Assembly (NCBI GenBank): GCA_038145565.1
Contig: JAYQPX010000002.1
Span: 4,729-68,728 of the forward strand
From: Chloroflexota bacterium
Lineage (GTDB): Bacteria > Chloroflexota > Limnocylindria > Limnocylindrales > Limnocylindraceae
Reading direction: 5' to 3'
DNA length: 64,000 bases
Below, one piece after another: positions 62,368 to 64,000 of this stretch. The notes beneath the pieces are model-generated. The model saw only the letters and a list, made by a program, of their open reading frames with translations, had not been told where the DNA came from and searched no databases. The stretch's first letter is position 1. Each line of letters starts with the position of its first letter. A program made the translations under genes and the position numbers.

Positions 62368-63303
62368 TTGTTGATTGGGAGTGGCGGCTTCGGCTTGCCA
62401 GCTTTTGATGCTCTCCACGATAAGCATGGGGGAAGTATCGCCGCCGTGATAACTGCCGCACCGCGGCCGTCGGGGCGAGACGGCGCGCTGGTTGCAACGC
62501 CAGTCGCATCGTGGGCGCGGGAGCGCGATCTGCCACTCCTGGAAGTTGAGCAACTCCGCACCCCCTCCACCCAGGAGACGATCACGTCCTTCGATGTAAC
62601 CGTGGGCCTGCTCGCAGACTTCGGGCAGATCGTTCCTGCTGAGATGCTGCGCTCGATTCCCCACGGGATCCTGAATCTCCACCCCTCGCTTCTTCCTGCG
62701 TATCGTGGCGCCGCACCGATCCCTGCCGTCATCCTGGCGGGCGATCAAGAGACTGGAGTCAGTACCATCCTCATGGATCAGGGACTGGACACTGGGCCGC
62801 TCCTCGCAGTGCAGAGGCATCCGCTGCGCGGCGACGAGGATGCACCACGTCTTGAGGCGCAACTCGCGCAACTGGCGGCGGACGGCATCGTTAGGACGCT
62901 GGATCGATACCTTGCGGGGGAGATCGTAGCGAGCGCTCAGCCTACGGACGGTGTGTCGCTGACACGTCGTTTGCAACGGTCAGATGGTGAGATTCTGGCG
63001 ACTTGGACTGCAGAGTACGCACATCGAGCCTGGCGTGCGTACAGCCCATGGCCGGGTGTCTGGATGAGCCTCACCCCAGCGCTTGAGCGGTTGAAGCTTG
63101 ATGTGATCGGTGCACCGCTCGCTGAGGTTGACGTCCCTCTTGGCGGCCTCCTTGTGCACGAGGAGGTCCTCCTCCTCGGACTGCAAGGGGGCGCCCTCCC
63201 ACTCCTTGAAGTGACCCCGATGGGCGGGCGCCGCATGAGCGGAACTGCGCTGATTCACGGCCGACCGGAACTTCTGGCCCCGCATGCGAGAATCCGCTCA
63301 TGA
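62368..63303 (+). CDS. fmt: methionyl-tRNA formyltransferase
   Basis: LLLIGSGGFGLPAFDAL N-terminus, HPSLLPAYRGAAPI motif. The start is uncertain: TTG 62368/62371 just after the def stop is preferred over ATG 62269, which lies 89 nt inside def. Confidence 0.88.
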   Translation: MLIGSGGFGLPAFDALHDKHGGSIAAVITAAPRPSGRDGALVATPVASWARERDLPLLEVEQLRTPSTQETITSFDVTVGLLADFGQIVPAEMLRSIPHGILNLHPSLLPAYRGAAPIPAVILAGDQETGVSTILMDQGLDTGPLLAVQRHPLRGDEDAPRLEAQLAQLAADGIVRTLDRYLAGEIVASAQPTDGVSLTRRLQRSDGEILATWTAEYAHRAWRAYSPWPGVWMSLTPALERLKLDVIGAPLAEVDVPLGGLLVHEEVLLLGLQGGALPLLEVTPMGGRRMSGTALIHGRPELLAPHARIRS

Positions 63304-64000
63304 GCACCGCAGCATCACCCCTCCCCGCGATCAGTGATCTTGATCCGAGCGAAGTTGCGCAACTTGTTGCCGATCTTGGACTTGAGAAGTACCGCTCAGC
63401 TCAGGTCCTTGATGCGATCTGGCGCTCTGATGCAACGACCTGGTCGGAGGTCACCACGCTGAGCCGACGAGCGCAGGAGGCACTCGCTGGTGTCGCCCGC
63501 TTCTACTCTGCAGAACAGCTTGAACGAGAAGATGTTGAGGACGGGGCAACGAGCAAGCTCCTGATCACGCTCAGCGGAGGCGCGAAGGTTGAGGCGGTGC
63601 TGATGCGCTATCCGCCAGATCCACGGCGCGGCCGCGGAGAGCGAGCGACCATCTGCGTCTCAAGCCAAGCAGGGTGCGCGGTCGGCTGCCCCTTCTGCGC
63701 CACGGGAGAACTTGGCTTCACTCGCAACCTTACCGCTGGTGAGATCCAAGATCAGGTGCGTCGCGCGCGACAGATCCTTCGAGGCGAAGGGCGGGAGCTG
63801 ACGAACGTCGTGTTCATGGGGATGGGGGAGCCACTTCAGAATCTTGACCCCGTACTCGCGTCAATTGACGGCCTCACCGACCCACTTCGGGGCGGCATCG
63901 GACAGCGTCGAATTGTTGTTTCAACGAGCGGAGTGGTGCCAGGGATCGCCAGGCTCGCAAAGGTGCGGCCTCAGGTGACCCTCGCCGTCTCTCTCCATGC
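63300..64000 (+). CDS. rlmN: radical SAM 23S rRNA/tRNA adenine-C2 methyltransferase RlmN (3' truncated by window end)
   Basis: The frame is open from ATG 63300 (ATGA overlap with fmt) to the window end. Contains SQAGCAVGCPFCATG (CxxxCxxC) and GMGEPLQN. It is absent from the ORF track because there is no stop. Confidence 0.9.
   Translation, partial: MSTAASPLPAISDLDPSEVAQLVADLGLEKYRSAQVLDAIWRSDATTWSEVTTLSRRAQEALAGVARFYSAEQLEREDVEDGATSKLLITLSGGAKVEAVLMRYPPDPRRGRGERATICVSSQAGCAVGCPFCATGELGFTRNLTAGEIQDQVRRARQILRGEGRELTNVVFMGMGEPLQNLDPVLASIDGLTDPLRGGIGQRRIVVSTSGVVPGIARLAKVRPQVTLAVSLH

Overview
This GC-rich window is a very tightly packed block of core housekeeping genes, almost all on the + strand. 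I found no mobile elements, CRISPR arrays, rRNA, defence islands or long repeats. In order, the genes are groES-groEL-katG, pcrA-ligA, gatC-gatA-(aminotransferase)-gatB, dnaE, a UbiA-type prenyltransferase, two tRNA-Leu genes (minus strand), and an ECF sigma/anti-sigma pair. Next comes an unbroken polA-mutM-(ABC-F)-coaE-uvrB-uvrA-(orf)-uvrC chain, followed by secDF, recJ, a PD40 propeller protein, pyrF, tatAC, rapZ-yvcK-whiA-tpiA-gpmI, secG and a peptide-type solute-binding protein. A 7-tRNA array follows, then rpsF-ssb-rpsR-ilvE, an LCP-family gene (minus strand), ileS-lspA-rluD-gmk-priA and def-fmt-rlmN (3' truncated). The gene order (polA..coaE-uvrB..uvrA..uvrC..rapZ-yvcK-whiA..tpiA-secG), TAGGAT/TAGAAT-type -10 boxes and the GroEL tail ...GGEMDF recall Actinomycetota-like Terrabacteria; that placement is inference only. 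I do not see a convincing new multi-gene system. Five observations deserve a second look:
- A recurrent leaderless-promoter architecture, with TAnnnT placed 6-7 nt before the start codon, including back-to-back divergent pairs.
- All nucleotide-excision-repair genes condensed into one region.
- An unassigned, strand-ambiguous ORF that exactly fills the uvrA-uvrC gap.
- katG attached to a CIRCE-controlled groESL unit.
- Basic low-complexity extensions on several repair enzymes, and an IleRS with non-canonical HIGH/KMSKS signatures.
All product calls rest on motif recognition by eye. No database search was run.
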